A DNA stretch of 62,999 bases. Source: Pseudomonadales bacterium. GTDB taxonomy: Bacteria; Verrucomicrobiota; Verrucomicrobiia; Limisphaerales; UBA11358. Shown here one piece after another: positions 61,177-62,999 of the stretch. The stretch's first letter is position 1, and each line of letters opens with the position of its first letter. The stretch spans positions 1 to 62,999 of the forward strand of contig DATJXK010000177.1 of the NCBI GenBank assembly GCA_035500235.1, in the 5' to 3' direction. The notes beneath the pieces were generated by a model. That model was not told where the DNA came from. It did no database searches and saw only the letters and a program-made list of their open reading frames with translations. A program made the position numbers and the translations under genes.

Positions 61177-62999
61177 TTACGGATTGACCAGAACCTTGAA
61201 GAACTGCACCGCATTGGTCGCGGGAACGGTATAAGGTGAAACCGCCAGTGTATTTGTCGTCCATGGTCCGGTGACAGTCGGGGCTTGCAGTAAAACTCCC
61301 GCAGGCCAGGTCAATAGGATGTTTGCCCCGGCATGTTGGGCATTCAAATTTACCACGCCCGCGTAAATGCCCGAATAAAGATCCTGCACCTGTGCCGCCG
61401 TCAAAGCCTGCGAATAAACGGCGGCGTGGGCAATCCTGGCATTGATTAACCGCGCTGTTCCATAATCGGGTGAGCCGCCAATCCAGGCATCAAGATTATT
61501 ACCCGAAGGAATTGCGGTTATAGTGTTATTGGCCACGAGCACACCATCCAGGTAAAGGGAACCGTTATTTGGCTGGCTCACTACTCCCGTGTAAGTATAA
61601 GCAAGCATGTGCCAACTGCCGTTATTCATTCCCACGGCGCTGGTCGCGTCCACGGGCACGTTACCATCATTGGCTCCCGGCTCGCCACTGGGATTGATGC
61701 TCATGCGCCACGAATAATCTCCCCGGCCAAATACTCCCGCAAAATTAGGAATCGATACAGCATTCACCCATGCCACAATGGTGATTGCGCCAGTGATATT
61801 GAACGGTCCTTGAGGAATATCCACGTAACCGGAGGATCCATCCAATAACACGGAACGGCTCATCGCGCCGAAAATGGAATTGGTCGACCCGGCCTGGGCC
61901 AAGGTATAGCCACCCACATACGTACCATCATTACCGCCAACGATGTCATGCGCTGTAGTTCCACTGGTCTCATTCAACGGCCAATAAGCCATGGGGTTTA
62001 ACGAAAGCAGTGACTGTTGGTAGGTATTGGGAAGAATTATCATCAGATTTAGCGCCGAACTCACTGCTGACCCGTACTGGTTGCTAACGGTGCAAGTATA
62101 GCTGCCGGCCTGCGCAGTTTGCAGGTTGGTAACGATTAGAGTTGGCGACGCTGAAGTGCTAATAGGATTGGCCCCGCTGTTGAAATACCATCGGTAGACA
62201 AAAGGCGGGGTACCAATATTAGCCACATTGGCGGTCAACGTCGCTCCTGCCAGCAACGTTTCTGAAGCTTGCGGTTCTTGCGTAATGGTTGGCCCGCTCG
62301 CCGTCACAGTGATGGCAGCGCTGGTTCCCGTTACACCGTTCAGTGTTGCGCTCACCGTGGCGCTGCCCGTGTTAACCACTGTCACAGAGCCAAAATTATT
62401 CACGGTGAGAATATTTGGATTGCTGCTGGTCCAATTGGTGACGAAGCCGGTGACCGTTACACCTGAAACATTCTGAAATGCTCCCGTCACTGCCACTGGT
62501 TCGCTGAGGCCGGCGGGCATCGAATAATTCGTCACTGTCACCGTCAATGACACTGGCGTTAAATTCGTTTCCACGTAAGCGGGCCCAGCCGCCGCGCTGA
62601 CCGCGAGATACAAAGGTGAAACCACGCCGTTCCATATCCGAAGCTCATAAAGCGTCCCAGAAAACTGGTCATCACCGTACACATCATTTCCCAGCATATT
62701 CTCGGTCGTTCCGCCAGCGCCCCCGATCAAGCCCGGAGTATAACTTGCGCCCGGGAACACTTGTGAAGCCACCAGGTTTCCGTTCAGATAGAGATTACCC
62801 GTCAAATTTCCGTAGTTAAATGTCGTGCAAACATATTGCTCGGAATTATTCGGGAACAAAACGGATGATTGCAGGTCCACCTCACCGCCGTTTGGTGTAA
62901 ACGCCACCTCCATATTGTTATTATTATTCACCGGATACGGTATCAGCGCAAAATTTTGACTGCCGCTGCTGCCAAAATCCCAAATCTCCGCCCAGTTAT
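61177..62999 (-). CDS. LamG/Big_2/Ig-repeat protein, paralogue of 52212-56549, 5' end beyond the window
   Basis: The track starts it at an internal Met (62931). The frame stays open to 62999 (..NWAEIWDFGSSGSQNFALIPYPVNNNNNMEVAFTPNGGEVD). This aligns with EWATVWDFANDGNHNFEMCPFP..LDVAITPHGNEID of the paralogue. By eye, more than half of the residues are identical over the aligned C-terminal ~600 aa. The tail (61177-61353) ends in VQFFKVLVNP. Confidence 0.85.
   Translation of the reverse strand, partial: NWAEIWDFGSSGSQNFALIPYPVNNNNNMEVAFTPNGGEVDLQSSVLFPNNSEQYVCTTFNYGNLTGNLYLNGNLVASQVFPGASYTPGLIGGAGGTTENMLGNDVYGDDQFSGTLYELRIWNGVVSPLYLAVSAAAGPAYVETNLTPVSLTVTVTNYSMPAGLSEPVAVTGAFQNVSGVTVTGFVTNWTSSNPNILTVNNFGSVTVVNTGSATVSATLNGVTGTSAAITVTASGPTITQEPQASETLLAGATLTANVANIGTPPFVYRWYFNSGANPISTSASPTLIVTNLQTAQAGSYTCTVSNQYGSAVSSALNLMIILPNTYQQSLLSLNPMAYWPLNETSGTTAHDIVGGNDGTYVGGYTLAQAGSTNSIFGAMSRSVLLDGSSGYVDIPQGPFNITGAITIVAWVNAVSIPNFAGVFGRGDYSWRMSINPSGEPGANDGNVPVDATSAVGMNNGSWHMLAYTYTGVVSQPNNGSLYLDGVLVANNTITAIPSGNNLDAWIGGSPDYGTARLINARIAHAAVYSQALTAAQVQDLYSGIYAGVVNLNAQHAGANILLTWPAGVLLQAPTVTGPWTTNTLAVSPYTVPATNAVQFFKVLVNP

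Noticed and set aside
1-62999. I looked for mobile-element boundaries, integrases, transposases, toxin-antitoxin pairs, restriction-modification genes and other defence modules.
   Set aside because: I recognised no such domains in any frame, and no terminal inverted or direct repeats bracket a block. The novelty here appears to lie in glycan capture and regulation rather than defence or mobility.

Overview
This window is almost fully coding. I call 30 protein genes (25 on the minus strand, two cut by the window edges). I recognised no rRNA, tRNA, CRISPR array, transposase, integrase or known defence genes.

The content is a carbohydrate-active-enzyme island. The host is probably a PVC-superphylum bacterium, most likely Verrucomicrobiota. 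I infer that from three prepilin-type H-X9-DG (DUF1559-like) genes, giant LamG proteins with HRYSF-type modules, and many Sec/Tat-exported glycoside hydrolases.

Enzymes and regulators recognised by motif:
- Glycoside hydrolases: GH43 x2, GH3 x2, GH92, GH2, GH16, GH76, GH125, two DUF1680 (GH127/146-like), one DUF4965 glutaminase-like, one DUF5703/GH95-like, and two parallel beta-helix glycosidases.
- Other enzymes: an alpha/beta-hydrolase esterase, an aldose 1-epimerase and one HIBADH-type dehydrogenase.
- Regulators: one NarL-type two-component pair and one orphan sensor kinase.

The enzyme mix suggests fungal or yeast cell-wall glycans (alpha-mannan: GH92/GH76/GH125; beta-glucan: GH16/GH3; possibly alpha-1,3-glucan). 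There is no transporter gene of any kind in the 63 kb.

Five things are not explained by routine annotation:
1. A duplicated cassette: a giant non-catalytic 3x(Ig + CBM6/35-like) lectin gene, a strong stem-loop, then a pseudopilin gene. A third pseudopilin gene leads a 7-gene alpha-mannan operon.
2. A shared 58-82-aa C-terminal domain ending in [FY][FY][RKL][VL] on six otherwise unrelated secreted proteins.
3. Eight copies of a short ATCCCC-loop-GGGGAT hairpin, all in 5' intergenic DNA, with compensatory stem variants.
4. A 26-nt box conserved in two divergent promoter regions, 119-120 nt from the minus-strand start codons.
5. A 1-kb gene-free stretch packed with GC-rich palindromic repeats.

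All family assignments come from motif recognition by eye. No database search was possible, so the functions are hypotheses. Note that the ORF track translates GTG/TTG first codons as M, and several track starts are over-extended.
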